The position numbers and the translations under genes are program-made. A stretch of DNA of 61,282 nt, filler included. It is 10 parts of 10 records of this genome, joined end to end, with 100 filler letters (N's around TTAATTAATTAA, not from the genome) between each part and the next. Parts side by side here need not be neighbours in the genome. Positions count along the whole stretch, not along the records: positions 7,370 to 15,786 come from SRR7504441_246; positions 15,887 to 19,364 come from SRR7504441_251; positions 19,465 to 22,678 come from SRR7504441_265; 7 more parts are not named here. The stretch is one strand, 5' to 3'. Shown here piece by piece: positions 9,284 through 20,773 of this stretch. Numbering within the stretch: position 1 is the first letter of the stretch; the number at the start of each line of letters is the position of its first letter. The notes under the pieces are model-generated. The model had not been told where the DNA came from and did no database searches. It worked only from the letters and a program-made list of their open reading frames with translations.

Positions 9284-11306
9284 ATGGGCCTCTGCACTAG
9301 CAAGAGCCGCGAGCCCCGGTGCGAGCCTGCCAGCCCAGCTCCCGCAGCCGCGGCGCCGGCCGACCTCGCGGCACTGGAGGCCAGCCTGGAGGCCGCGCTG
9401 AGGGCTGCCGAGCCGGTGCTGGTGCCGCTGCCGGCCGATCCGTGCAACTCGTCGGTGTATACCTGGGGCGGCGGCGAGTTCGGCCGGCTGGGCAGCGGGG
9501 ACGAGGAGGATCGGACCAGGCCGGGCCCACCGGTGCATGCTGACGAGCTTGCGGAGGTGGTCCAGATCTCGGCTGGAGGTGCGCGCTGGGCCGGACCCCG
9601 CGAGTCGAGGGGGGCAGGCTTCCACGGCGGGGCGGTGACGCGGGCTGGCGAGGTGTACATGTGGGGGCGTGGGATGCGGGGGCAGCTAGGGCAGCAGGCG
9701 GCGATGGATTATCTGAGCCCAGTGAAAGTAATTGGACTCAAAGGCACGATGCAGGACCTGGCCGTTGTGCGGGTGAGCCAGCTCTGCTGCGGCTGGTACC
9801 ACACGCTCTGCCTGACCGAGACTGGCCAAGTATGGGCGTTCGGATTAAATGAGGACGGCCAATTGGGGGTGCGCTCGAAGGAGGACAGTCTGCTACCCAG
9901 GAGAGTGGAGGCTCTTGACGGGAAGCAGGTGGTGCAACTCGCAGCCGCCAAGAGCACGAGCGGGGGCGTCACGCTCGGGGGGCTACTGTTTGTCTGGGGC
10001 ACCGGCAGTCAGGGCCAACTGGGCCTCGGGGAGGGGAGAGTGAGGGTTCCGCCGACCCAAGTGCCTGAATGGCAAGGGCTTAAGGACGGCCGGTTGCGAG
10101 GAGCTCTCGTGGTGCAGCTGTCGATGGGCGCGAGCCACACCGGCTGCATTGCCTATCTGGACGAGGACTGTAAGAACCTTTACGAGCCTTTTCGTCCAAC
10201 CAATGCGGGCACTCAGCTGTTCGTGTGGGGATCAGCGGCTGATCAAGGGCTTTGGGCCGATGCCAGTCCCTGGCTGCCCAAGCGAGTGCTCAGCGCGTCG
10301 CTGGAGGGCCGCAAGTTGGTTCAGTACTGTGCGGGCAACTCGATGAGCTTGCTGCTCAGCTCGGACGGCGCCGTGTTCACCTGGGGCCCATCCGGCAAGC
10401 ACGGCCAACTAGGGCATGGCGACGAGGACCGGAACTTGAGCCCGAAGCAGATAGCGGTGCTGGCTGGGCACCATGTGGTGCGACGGGCTCAGCGTGCGGC
10501 AAGGCTCAGCGTGCTTGCAGGTCCAGGTTGCCACGAGCTACACCGCGGGGCACTGCCTGGCGCTGACCAAGCAGGGCGAGGTGTCTGCGCCGCCTGGCCG
10601 GTCGGTGAGTGGCTGCAGGTGTGGGCTTGGGGCCGGGGTGAGCTCGGGCAGCTTGGGCTGGACGCGGCGGCACTCGAGATGCTGTGTTCGAGCTCGGACG
10701 AAGGGCCTGGCTTTGCGCCGGTGCCGCAACTGGTGGACCAGACTGGAATCCGAAGCGATGAGGAGATAGCTCAGGTGGCTTTGCTCGGCAGGAGATGTAC
10801 TCAGCTGCGTGCAGATCTGCGTGGGTGGCTGCACATCGGGCCTGATGACTTCCTCGGGATCGCACCCCGTGGCTGGTAGTACCTCGAGCGAAAGTAGCAG
10901 TATTCAGCTGCGTGCAGGCTTAGCGTACTTCAAGCACCGAACCAGCCATCTTCAGGGCATTCTAACAGAAGAGCGAGAGGCGCTCCACCGCATTGTCCAC
11001 GCCAGGGAGCTGGAAGCAAAGGCAGAGCGGGTGCGCAATTTATTAATTAATGGGTGCTAGTTGCGCAAGTTAGTCGGTGTGCAGAAAAAAGCGAAGAAGG
11101 ACAAGCGGTTGGATGAGAAGCGGGCAAGGGAGCGCGAGGAGCGAAAGGCGAAGAAAGAGAAGGTGCGGCAGCAAAAGTTCATAGCCGAACACTCGCAATA
11201 TTACGGGCGGCACTCGCAAGAAATGGCGGAGCAGCTCGAGCAGATGTACGACGAAGAGCAAGACATCAGACAGAAGAGGCAAGCCAAGCGAGCGGCGCAG
11301 CAATAA
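9284..11306 (+). CDS. RCC1-repeat protein with N-terminal acylation motif (MGLC) and C-terminal coiled coil, multi-exon
   Basis: Repeated VYTWG..G.LG, CGWYHTLCL and GQLGHGD motifs. Short introns restore the frame through ORFs 10473-10769, 10809-11060 and 11061-11306. Confidence 0.85.
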
Positions 11307-11477
11307 TCCAGCGATAAGCTTCGAATAGTGATAATCATTTGACTATTGTGCCGCCCGTATACCGCCTGTACTGTACACGTCGGCGCGGTGCAATTGGGAA
11401 ATCAACGGTGGTGGGAAACCTTAATAGACCATGATGACTTGTCGGCTCGAGCTCAGTCAGTTGACCAGTTTCACGCC

Positions 11478-13422
11478 ATGGTTGAGGAAGGCGACGCCCC
11501 GCTGCTCACAAAGCCTGAGGCCGAGGGTGATGAGACCGCCCATGAAATTGCTCCGACCGCCTGCGCTGATGAGGCCGTGGACAAGCCGATGCCCTTCTGT
11601 ACCGAGGCGTGGCAGATCCTGGCGCTGGCGATTCCGATCTTCCTGAGGTCCCGAGCCGACCGGCCTGACTGACTGGCCGAGCAGCTCCATGTCCTGGGTC
11701 GCTATGAAGACCACCGACTCGGCCCTGCTCGGACACGCCGGCACCAAGTGCGCCCGCCGCTCGCTCGCTCGATCGGGGCATAGGTACCTGGACGCCGCGG
11801 CGCTGAGCGACCTGTGGACCTCCTCGTTCGGCGTGTTCATCCAGGGCGGCGTGCTCGCAACGTTCTGTGGGCAGGCGTTGGGGGCGGGCAATCACGCGCA
11901 GGTCGGCATATGGCTGCAGGTCTCGCTGGTGGTGCTCGGGACCATTGCCCTCCCGGTGGGCGCGCTCTGGCTGGTGACCGGTCCGGTCCTGGAGGCCATG
12001 GGAGCCAAGCACTCCTCGGCCAGACTGGCCTGGTACTACGCAGCTGTGCTGTGCGGCGCCTTCCCGGCCCGCGTGATGTTCTCCCAGCTCCGTCAGTTCT
12101 TCTCTGCCCAGGTGCCCTGTGCCAGTCTGGCCCTGAGCTTTCTGGTAGAAAATCGTCGGACCCGAGGCCTACTGCTCGGTGGGCGGCGCGCTGCTCAATG
12201 CGCTGCTCGGGCTGGTTCTGGTGCTCGGTGTGGGCGTGCCGGACTGGTCTGGGTTCGGGTTTGTGGTCTGTCCCATCGTGACAGTGGGTGTCGAGTACTT
12301 TCAGTTTGGAACCTTCTGGGGCGTCACGTGCGTCTGGAAAAAGCTGCACCGGACCTGCTGGCCAGGCTGGCAGCGGAAGGAGGTCCGTTACCTGCGCGTG
12401 CATCGCTCGCACCGTGACTGCTTGGCCAGATCACGCTTGCGCGAGTCAAAGAGTACCTTAGGCAGTACCTGCCCGCCGCGCTTTCGCTGGCTTCCGACTT
12501 CTGGCGACTCTCAGCTATCGGCGCCGTGGCCGCTTCATTCGGGGAGAAGCAAGTGGGCGTGTTCAACGCGAGCTATCGCATCCTTTGGATGTGCATCATC
12601 TTCATTGGAGCAGTGGCGGGTGCCATTTCGATCAAGATGGCTCAGTCGCTCGGAGCGGGCTGTGGCCGCAGCGCCAGGCGATCCGTGGCTATCGGGCTAG
12701 CGATCCGGTGGACAGGCACAGTGCCATGACCGGGATCACAATGGCCTTCTGCTTGCTCGCTGGACTGGCTGTTGCGGTCTATCTAGCCATCAAGTGCGCT
12801 GCCGCTGCCTAAGATGCCAACAGCAGTGGCAGGCCTCTCGGGATGATCTTCACCACCGACGACGAGTCTCTCAAGATGTTTGTGAAGATCCGGATTCCGC
12901 TCGCCGCAATGATGGTGGTCATGAACATGGCGGTGCCCGCTGGCTGGCCCGACTGGTCAGCACGAGCCAGGTATTGCTCGAGAAAATCCCGATGGCCATG
13001 AAGCGCGCCCAGTCCGTGCTGTTCGTGGGCGTCATCGGCTCGTGGGTGGGCCAAGTGCCGCTGGTGGGCTCACCCAGCCCCCGGCCGGCCATCCGGGACA
13101 GGTGCTGCTGCTCGTCAAGTTCTGGCGGAAAGATCTGGTGGCGCTCTACACGGGCTGTGCTCTAGGGTACGGGCTGGTCTGCCTGCTGCTATTCGGGATC
13201 ATCATTCGGACCGATTGGGCGTACTACGCCACCGCAGCCAAGTGGGCCAACACACACGGGCTTGATCAGGTCGAGGTCGAGAAGATGCTGGTCAGCCAAA
13301 TCGGCCCGGATGGCAAGCGTACTTGGGTGGTCGATGAGAATGCGGGCGAAAAGGCTGAAGAGACCAAGAACGTGCTCTCCGAAGAGGACAAGAGTGCTCG
13401 ATACAATGAGGACAAGCCGTGA
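11478..13422 (+). CDS. MATE family efflux transporter, multi-exon
   Basis: ILALAIP, TDSALLGH, TFCGQALGAGN, LGAG and IFTTD motifs across ~8 short introns. Confidence 0.88.
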
Positions 13423-13770
13423 GAACAAAATCTGCAGATGCACGACAGAAAAAAAGCTGCAATGTAATGCCTCAATTGAGCTTGAGGCTCGTGTTTAATT
13501 TCCGTGGATGATACGTGGACATGATCTCTGGCTGTCTCGTACAAGTACATGACAATCATACTAACGGCATAGTTACGTAGCCAGCTAGCTACATTTAAGC
13601 TATGATGTCATGACACATTGTGCGGAATAAGTCGGAATTCTATGCAGCAATCGTTCGAATCGATCTTGAAGATTCTAACAGTTAAGCTGGCGACGTATTT
13701 CATACACTTCATTAATTAATGACTTTAAATGACTTGATCATGCATAGATTATACATAAAATGCCATTCAA

Positions 13771-15786
13771 TCATCCTTCAATGTATCCGCTATAGCAATC
13801 CCATCGGATATTAACGATATCACAAATGCACGAAAGCAAATGACCAGCAATGATGAACCCGTGGAATACATCGTGCGCCCCAATTGTCCGGCCGTCCCTT
13901 GGCACTTTGAGCACATATACAACAAAACCAGGCAGATAAGTAAACCAGATCGATGTGTGGGGAGCACATTTGCTTTCCAAATAGCGATGCACCATATATC
14001 CAAACAGGAACACAAACTGGACACCCAGGATGGCTTTGATAAGCACTTCGCCCACAACAGATAGCGATCCCTTCCGTTCAAACAACGCAAATGCAGCACA
14101 AGCGCAGCCGGCCGTCATCGCCCCGGACAGCGCCGCAAGGTGCCAGAATGGATCGACAAAGTGCAGATGCGCAGACCACAGACAAAACGTGGAGGTGAGC
14201 ACAGCAGAGATCCCTACAAAATCCCAACGGAGCCAGTTTGCCTCGTATTCTCGCAGCTCCGCCTCGCCAGCACCGCGCGGCGCCAGTTTGTCGCCGTTGT
14301 GATATCTATCGCTGAACAGCACGTTGAGCGTGGTGGCACAGGCCACCGTGACGCGCATCAGTGTCAGCGCTGCGTCAGTGCGCGTGGCCAGCAGCTCACA
14401 GCTGATGACGTACCCCACTGCCAGCACTGGCCAGACAGGCAGCAGCGCATGCATGAGTAGACCGCGGTACAGAGGCCGGGGCGCACGGCTGATGAAGTAC
14501 GGCACTCTGGGCTGGCCGCTGCCCACCACCGAATGCTCGACGCCCCACTCCGCGCCCTCGACGCCCCACCCGGCGCCACGAGCGCTGCGCGCCACCAGCT
14601 CGCTGCCCGTCAGCCCGAGGGCGGCTGCGCCCAGTAGCATGGCGACCATCCTCGGGATGCCGGCGAGGCCGTCGCCGAGCTCCAGGCGGGGCTGCCGCGG
14701 GTCGATCTCGGGCAGGTACGGTTGGTTGAGTGCCACAATGACGGCCGCCACCGCAAAAACCGTCGCGCCCAACCCCGCGGCCGCCAGCAGCTGAAGGACG
14801 AGCATGTCGCTGGGCTGTCGCACTCTCTGCACATTCGCTTGACCGTGTATTTTACGTAACGGATTTTCAGCTAGCGGCCATGCCTTACCTGATACAGACC
14901 CAGCTGCCTTACCTGAGCCCCAAGTCTCCTTCGTAGCCTTCTTCTCGAGCTCCGCACCGCTATTCAGCCTGCGCCAGGCCTTGCGCATCCCCCGCAAGCT
15001 GGTGGGGATCACATCCAGCACGTGGTAGACTGGTGCGAGAGAGGTTGCCACCGCGTGCGCTTTAAGCCACGTCGGCGAGTCTCCGTTGAAAACCTGCCAG
15101 ATCTCGCCGGTCTCCACGTAGACCAGATACGAGATCAGCACCATGATGAACCCGCACCGCGGCAGCTCGATCCAGCGCGAGATGTCGGCCCCACTGAGCG
15201 CCTTGACTGCGTGCATAGACTCGTTGAGCCCTGTCATCAGGTCGAGCGGCACAGTGCATCGGTAGGCTATCAGCGAGGGGCGGGTCGCATCAAACAGGAG
15301 CGGGATCCCCACAATGATCGCGAACGGCAGGTGGTGCAGCACAAACGTGGCCCGGGCCCACCGGCTCATCGGGGTGACGTCCCACTTGAGGGCCACGATA
15401 GCCTCGAGTGAATAGAGCGCGCACATGGCCAGGGTGGTGGCCCGGAGCTCCGCCTCGCGGGCCTCGGTGGCGCATGACTCGGTGCCGAGCAGTGCGAACC
15501 TCACCCCCTGGAGCCCGATACACACGTACGAGAAAAGGCTGAGCACGATGAGCCAGGTCGGGGCCGGCGGGAGCGGCCGGGTCTCGAAGAGCGACCGGTG
15601 AGCCGTGTGCCCGCACGACCGGGTGAAGAACACGGCCGACCGCGACTTGTACGCCATCTCCCACCCGATGATGAAGAGCAACGGCGCCGCCTCCAGCAGC
15701 CGCCCGAGCCCCGCCGACCAGAGCCCGAGGCTCGACGAGCTGCCCAGCCGGTCCGCCGCGATCAAGTATGAGAGCACCCCCCAGGC
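13771..15786 (-). CDS. Multi-pass membrane protein: TLC-like domain fused to PAQR/hemolysin-III domain (5' truncated)
   Basis: One 668-aa open frame. VLHHLPF..GLNES (TLC-like) and FSDRYH / LRWDFVGIS / AHDVFHGF (PAQR/CREST motifs). Confidence 0.7.
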   Translation of the reverse strand, partial: AWGVLSYLIAADRLGSSSSLGLWSAGLGRLLEAAPLLFIIGWEMAYKSRSAVFFTRSCGHTAHRSLFETRPLPPAPTWLIVLSLFSYVCIGLQGVRFALLGTESCATEAREAELRATTLAMCALYSLEAIVALKWDVTPMSRWARATFVLHHLPFAIIVGIPLLFDATRPSLIAYRCTVPLDLMTGLNESMHAVKALSGADISRWIELPRCGFIMVLISYLVYVETGEIWQVFNGDSPTWLKAHAVATSLAPVYHVLDVIPTSLRGMRKAWRRLNSGAELEKKATKETWGSGKAAGSVSGKAWPLAENPLRKIHGQANVQRVRQPSDMLVLQLLAAAGLGATVFAVAAVIVALNQPYLPEIDPRQPRLELGDGLAGIPRMVAMLLGAAALGLTGSELVARSARGAGWGVEGAEWGVEHSVVGSGQPRVPYFISRAPRPLYRGLLMHALLPVWPVLAVGYVISCELLATRTDAALTLMRVTVACATTLNVLFSDRYHNGDKLAPRGAGEAELREYEANWLRWDFVGISAVLTSTFCLWSAHLHFVDPFWHLAALSGAMTAGCACAAFALFERKGSLSVVGEVLIKAILGVQFVFLFGYMVHRYLESKCAPHTSIWFTYLPGFVVYVLKVPRDGRTIGAHDVFHGFIIAGHLLSCICDIVNIRWDCYSGYIEG

Positions 15787-15886
15787 NNNNNNNNNNNNNN
15801 NNNNNNNNNNNNNNNNNNNNNNNNNNNNNNTTAATTAATTAANNNNNNNNNNNNNNNNNNNNNNNNNNNNNNNNNNNNNNNNNNNN
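15787..15886. other. Artificial contig linker
   Basis: N44-TTAATTAATTAA-N44. Confidence 0.98.
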
Positions 15887-16192
15887 ATGGTTGTCTGTGT
15901 GCAGTTCCGAACGCAAGCAACCATGGTCTTCTCAACTCTCAACTATACGCCGTACCAGGGCACAAATTGCACCGAGTTCGGCGGGTCTTTCGGCAACGAC
16001 CGGGACCGAGCACCGTGGGAGGCCAGCGTGGTCATGAACTTTCCAGACCACAAGAAGAAGGAACTTAGCAGCCTGCTACTTAGCAAATCAACTAGCGTGT
16101 ATCAACACACCAGCTGCCCACAATTGGGCTACCCTACCGTCGGCGACTATGCCATCAGAACATTTGGGAGAGAGTACCATCAGCAAGCATAA
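15887..16192 (+). CDS. 3' part of a hypothetical protein
   Basis: Open frame from the contig edge followed by an AT-rich spacer. No recognised motif. Confidence 0.4.
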   Translation: MVVCVQFRTQATMVFSTLNYTPYQGTNCTEFGGSFGNDRDRAPWEASVVMNFPDHKKKELSSLLLSKSTSVYQHTSCPQLGYPTVGDYAIRTFGREYHQQA

Positions 16193-16484
16193 ACAAGCAC
16201 TACGTATACCAGTATTGCTAGTGGCCCACGGTGGCCCGAGAGGCGATTTGTAAACTCCGCTCAAATTAAATGACAAACTTGCATATCCTGGCGCATCCGC
16301 AGCTATATACGCGTTATCTGAGGACGCCGAGCCAGCGGTAATGCGTTATTGTATTGTACATACATGATGACATCATTAGACATATACATGTCATACTCGT
16401 ACTTAATCATATACTAAGTTAGCACTTGCGCGGCGACCTGCGCCGACTGACTATCAAAGAAATTGAGCGGACGCGCTTCGAGCT

Positions 16485-17660
16485 TCAATGCTCTGCCTGA
16501 TTGAGCATCTCCATCACTGCATCGAAATCGGGGCTTGGGGGCAGTCCAGCCTCCTCACTTGCATGGGTCGAAGACGCACGGTAAACCCGAATATTTGGCA
16601 TCGGGCCGTGAAACCCGCCGAGCGTATCCCCTCCTGCCCGGAGCTTGTCGCGGAGCAGCTGGACGTGTTCCGTTAGCCCTTGCCCACACATGATTGCCAC
16701 AGTCACGAGGTGATAGTCTTCGAGGTCACTTATACACTTGGCGATCAGTATCGGGATGTTCTTGAGCGCCTTCTCTGAGGCGTGTCCGTTAGGGGGCGCG
16801 TCAGCCAGATCGGCATTCTCGTGATCAGCCATCGCGAACTCGATGCACTCCACCACCGCACTCCGCCAGTCAGTGCGTGCAACTGTAAGCATCAGGCCCT
16901 GGCCGCCCTGGAAAGGGACAACCGAGGCGCGCAGCTCAATCTTGCGCTCATCGCCAGCTAAGCTCGCCTCCAGCGCTGAAGCAGCCTCCCCGAACCTTGC
17001 TGGCGTGTATATAAGAGCGTGCCGCTCCCAGTTAATCCAGCCTGCTGATAGCAGAGCAATCGTCTCAGCCGGGTACATCTCTCGCGCTAGCTGGTACTCG
17101 CAGATCTCCTGTTGTATCTCGGCCGCGGCCTGGCGCTGGCCCAGCGCCTGCAGCGCCTTGAGCTTGCGGTGGTGGGCTTTGACGTATTCCGGGTTGGCTT
17201 GGATTGCCTTCTCGGCCGAGACTAAGGCCTTGTCGGGCAGCCCAGCCAGCAGCAGCGCCTGGGCTTGGTTGGCCCAGGCGATCCCGGCCCCTTTGTTCGG
17301 GTAGGCGGCCACCCACTCGCCTCCCGTTGGCAAGGCCATTCTCCTGGGCGGCCTCGCCCCGGGCAGGCGTCCGGCTATGTTGCGCTCAATATCGTCGTGG
17401 TCGGCCAGATCGCGCTGGGGGGAGCCCGCCGGCCAGGTCTCCAGCGCTCGGACGAAGGCCTGGGTGAGCACCGCCGGCCCGTCGACCGCAAGCATCGCCG
17501 CTTGCTCGTACAGCTCCGCTGCCTTGGTGTGCTCTCCTTGAGCGAGCGCCTCGTTGCCTTGGGTCTTGACCAGCTCCCAGCCGTCGCCGGCCTCGCCCGC
17601 CAGGTGCTCCGCAGTGCTGAACTGCTTCCACTTCTCTGCAGTGCCCAAGCAGCCCAGCAT
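16485..17660 (-). CDS. TPR-containing protein, intronless
   Basis: KTQGNEAL..AAELYEQA, AWANQAQALL, AIQANPEYVKAHHRK. Confidence 0.8.
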   Translation of the reverse strand: MLGCLGTAEKWKQFSTAEHLAGEAGDGWELVKTQGNEALAQGEHTKAAELYEQAAMLAVDGPAVLTQAFVRALETWPAGSPQRDLADHDDIERNIAGRLPGARPPRRMALPTGGEWVAAYPNKGAGIAWANQAQALLLAGLPDKALVSAEKAIQANPEYVKAHHRKLKALQALGQRQAAAEIQQEICEYQLAREMYPAETIALLSAGWINWERHALIYTPARFGEAASALEASLAGDERKIELRASVVPFQGGQGLMLTVARTDWRSAVVECIEFAMADHENADLADAPPNGHASEKALKNIPILIAKCISDLEDYHLVTVAIMCGQGLTEHVQLLRDKLRAGGDTLGGFHGPMPNIRVYRASSTHASEEAGLPPSPDFDAVMEMLNQAEH

Positions 17661-17737
17661 CTCCGGCCAGACTCGCCTGCTGCCCCGGTGTCACGAGCTC
17701 CAACGGAAGCGCGGCGCCAAGGTGGCTGCGCTCAGGG

Positions 17738-18940
17738 ATGCGATACGGGCTGCTCGACGACAGCGAGGCGAGCGTGGCCCGGCGGTTCGGCCGGTATGCC
17801 CGACTGCGCGACGCCTCGGGACACGGGATCCGCCGGTTTCAGCGCGTGTCCCGCATCGCCCGGCAGAACCAGCGGGCCACCCGGAACCTGACCAGCGTTC
17901 CGCTCAACCAGACGAGAGCGGCGGTGCTGGTCGGCCTGCACAGCTACCAGGGGCAGGCACCGGGCTGGTCCGACCAGGGCTCACCACGGGACAGATGTGT
18001 GTGATTTTGACTGTGCGAGCCGGCGGGATAAGCCATTCGGGCGAAGTGATGAGGCCCCTGGGCCGGCCAGCCGGGAGCGGGCAGGGCAGGTGGCGCTCCC
18101 GGGAGGTAAGTTGGACCCCGAGGACCACCGGAGCGAGATCCGGTGTGCGCTGCGCGAGGCCAATGAGGAGATCGGGCTGGATCCGCGGCACGTGCGGGTG
18201 TTGGCCACGCTGTCCCCGATCGTCTCGCGCGGCTTGGTGATGGTGACACCGGTGGTGGGGCTGGTCTCGCCGGCGGCTATAGCCAGGCTTGTGCCCGCGC
18301 CCGGTGAAGTGTCCCGGGTGCTTTGGGGGGCGCCCGGAGGCTCACGGGCTGGTCGTAGGTGTTCCAGTGCCCGCTCCGCCTGTTTGTCAAAGGACAGGGC
18401 AGCGCGCGCAGGGTGCTCTGGAACGGTAGTGCCTCCTGCCGGCCGGGTGGATCATGAAGGCGGGCAGGTCTGGTCTTCTCGGTGCCTGGGTTTGAGCTGG
18501 CGCTTCCGGAGAGGTTTGATGCTGTCAAGATATGGGGGCTCTCAGCCAAGATCCTGATCAGAGTGGCCGAGCTGGCGCTTCACCTCAGAGCACGGCCGCA
18601 GCCGCTGGTTGCATCAGCCCCCGGGTGAGCTGGGAGTAGGACCAGCTGATTGGATTGGATTGTCAGTGCGCAAAAGGGTGAGTCGATGCTAGGTCAAGTG
18701 CAGCGATGGCTCCCAGAGCAATGGAGGACCGAACCTACAAAGCCCGCCGCCCGGGTGCGCCAGCGGCATTGTGTGCTACTGAGCGCGTGGCAGCCCAAGC
18801 CTCTGCTGCCGCCTCCCATGCCGCCCGGTTGCTGCTTTTGGCTATTTCAGACAGAGTTTGTCAAGGAACTTGAGTGGCTTGTGGAGGAGATGGCTCGTAT
18901 CAAAGCGACGCGGCGGCGGGATCGGCAAGCACGGCTATAA
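17738..18940 (+). CDS. Peroxisomal CoA diphosphatase-like Nudix hydrolase (NUDT7/PCD1 family), multi-exon
   Basis: AAVLVGL, ILTVRA..HSGEVALPGGK, ALREANEEIGL and IWGLSAKIL after splicing. The last exon ends ARL* (PTS1-type). Confidence 0.82.
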
Positions 18941-19158
18941 GGCTTTGAGCACGGCCCGGTTTGATAAACCACGGCTATAAAGCTGAGAGCTTTGTTCAAT
19001 TCGATCGAATGTAATCGTTTGGCTAGCTAGCGCTACGTACTCATACTGAATTTATTTATCGATAAGCGCCTCCTACGCAAGAGGATACTCACCAACCGCT
19101 CACCACGTATTTACAATGCTTCGAGTACTTACAATGCTTGTATTCTTAAGTAATCATT

Positions 19159-19364
19159 CTAAGAACATTCCGGAAACTTACCGATCTCAGCCGCAGGTAT
19201 GAATTTGCAATGGGCAGGTAACTCTTTGCATTCCGGAAAGTCTTTATGTCCAGCAGGTATGAATTTGCAATAAGCAGGTCTTTTCTTGCCTGAAGTAGGT
19301 TTCTTCGAAGGAGAAGGAGTGGGAGCAGGCGGCCTGTATGCGCCGTCTGGGCAGGTTCTCTGCT
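19159..19364 (-). CDS. 3' end of a protein with a duplicated Cys motif
   Basis: Frame absent from the ORF track: ...KKRPAYCKFIPAGHKDFPECKELPAHCKFIPAAEIGKFPECS*. Confidence 0.65.
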
Positions 19365-19464
19365 NNNNNNNNNNNNNNNNNNNNNNNNNNNNNNNNNNNN
19401 NNNNNNNNTTAATTAATTAANNNNNNNNNNNNNNNNNNNNNNNNNNNNNNNNNNNNNNNNNNNN
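19365..19464. other. Artificial contig linker
   Basis: N44-TTAATTAATTAA-N44. Confidence 0.98.
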
Positions 19465-19541
19465 GTGGCGGGTGTGGCAGGCTGCGGCTGGTTCGTCTTG
19501 CTCGATCTGGTCCTCGGCATCGATTCGTCCGTTACTCGCCG

Positions 19542-20548
19542 ATGGCTGCGCCAGGCGAGCACGACCAGTCGGCTGCGGATTGGGTGCTGGTGCCGCCGGA
19601 CGGGCCGGTGGAGCGGGTGGCGCTCGAGGTGGCCGAGCGGGTTCTCCCCCGTGAGCTCAAGCGGCTCAGCCCGGCCCAGCTGGACCGTCTGAACCAGGGG
19701 CTGGCCGCCAGCGACCCATCGCCCGACCGCCCCGAGCTGTGGCACCGGTTGGCCCTGGCCCACCTGTCCGTGCTCACCCACCCGCCGGCGGACGCGGTGG
19801 CCGACCTCCAGCCGGAGACTCCCGAGCGGGAGGTGAAGACCAAGGCCGAATTGTTCTGGCGGTGCTTGGTAGCGCTGCACGGAATGCCTTTGGCCCAGCT
19901 GGAACGGTTGCTCCCGAACAGACCGGACCTGGAGGCGTTGTGCCCCGGGCCGGAGGCGAGTGAGCCGGTCCGTCAGTTTGAGCGGGTGCGGGTCTGGCCG
20001 GGCGCACTGACCGTCGGGGCAGGCGCGGCTGATTCTTCCGTTCTTCTCTATGACCTGCAAGACCAGGGAGCAGATCCAACTCGAGAACGAGCGGCGGGCG
20101 GCCCGCGAGGCCGAAAAGGCCAAGCAGCAGGAGCAGGCCGAGCAGGCCGAGCAGGCGAGTCGGCCGGGTCAGCCAAAGAGCGCGGCGGCGCACTGCGCGA
20201 GCGCAGCCAACACAGCCAAGTGGGACAGCTTCGACGTGGATGCCGCGCTGGATGAGCTGGACAACGAGGAGGCGGCCCCGGCCAAGCATCGGGCCAAGGA
20301 GCCGACCGAGGCTGAGTTGGATGCCGAGCTGAAGGCGAAGCTGAGCGACCCAGGCCTGAGGGAGAAACTCCGGTCGGTGCTGGGGACTGCGGACGGCGCC
20401 GATCTGTTCGGAGGTGCGGGGGGGTAGGGGTGGGGGTGATTGTGGTGGTGCAGGGCTGACGGGCGCAGGGATTGACTTGGATGCGATTGTGGAGCGTCCG
20501 GAGGATGACTTTCACGACGGCCCTGTCATTGAGGAGGTCTTTGAGTAG
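19542..20548 (+). CDS. Hypothetical protein, multi-exon
   Basis: ORFs 19542 and 20050 are joined by a short GT-AG intron. Contains KWDSFDVDAALDELD and ends GPVIEEVFE*. Confidence 0.55.
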
Positions 20549-20773
20549 TCCTAAGCAATTAGTACGAGTCGTAAGCAAGAGTACATTGATTCTTATTATA
20601 ATCTGCTAGATAGTACATTTGATGTAACCGCCACACCGTCAGGGGCTAAACAAGGTGCTGCACTTTGGAGTGTTCGACTAACGACAAATCAGGCGCTGGT
20701 ACGTACTGGAAGCTGGCGGAGCACTGGTACATCTGACTGAGTTCTCGATGGCAACCGATTCCACACTGGCAAC

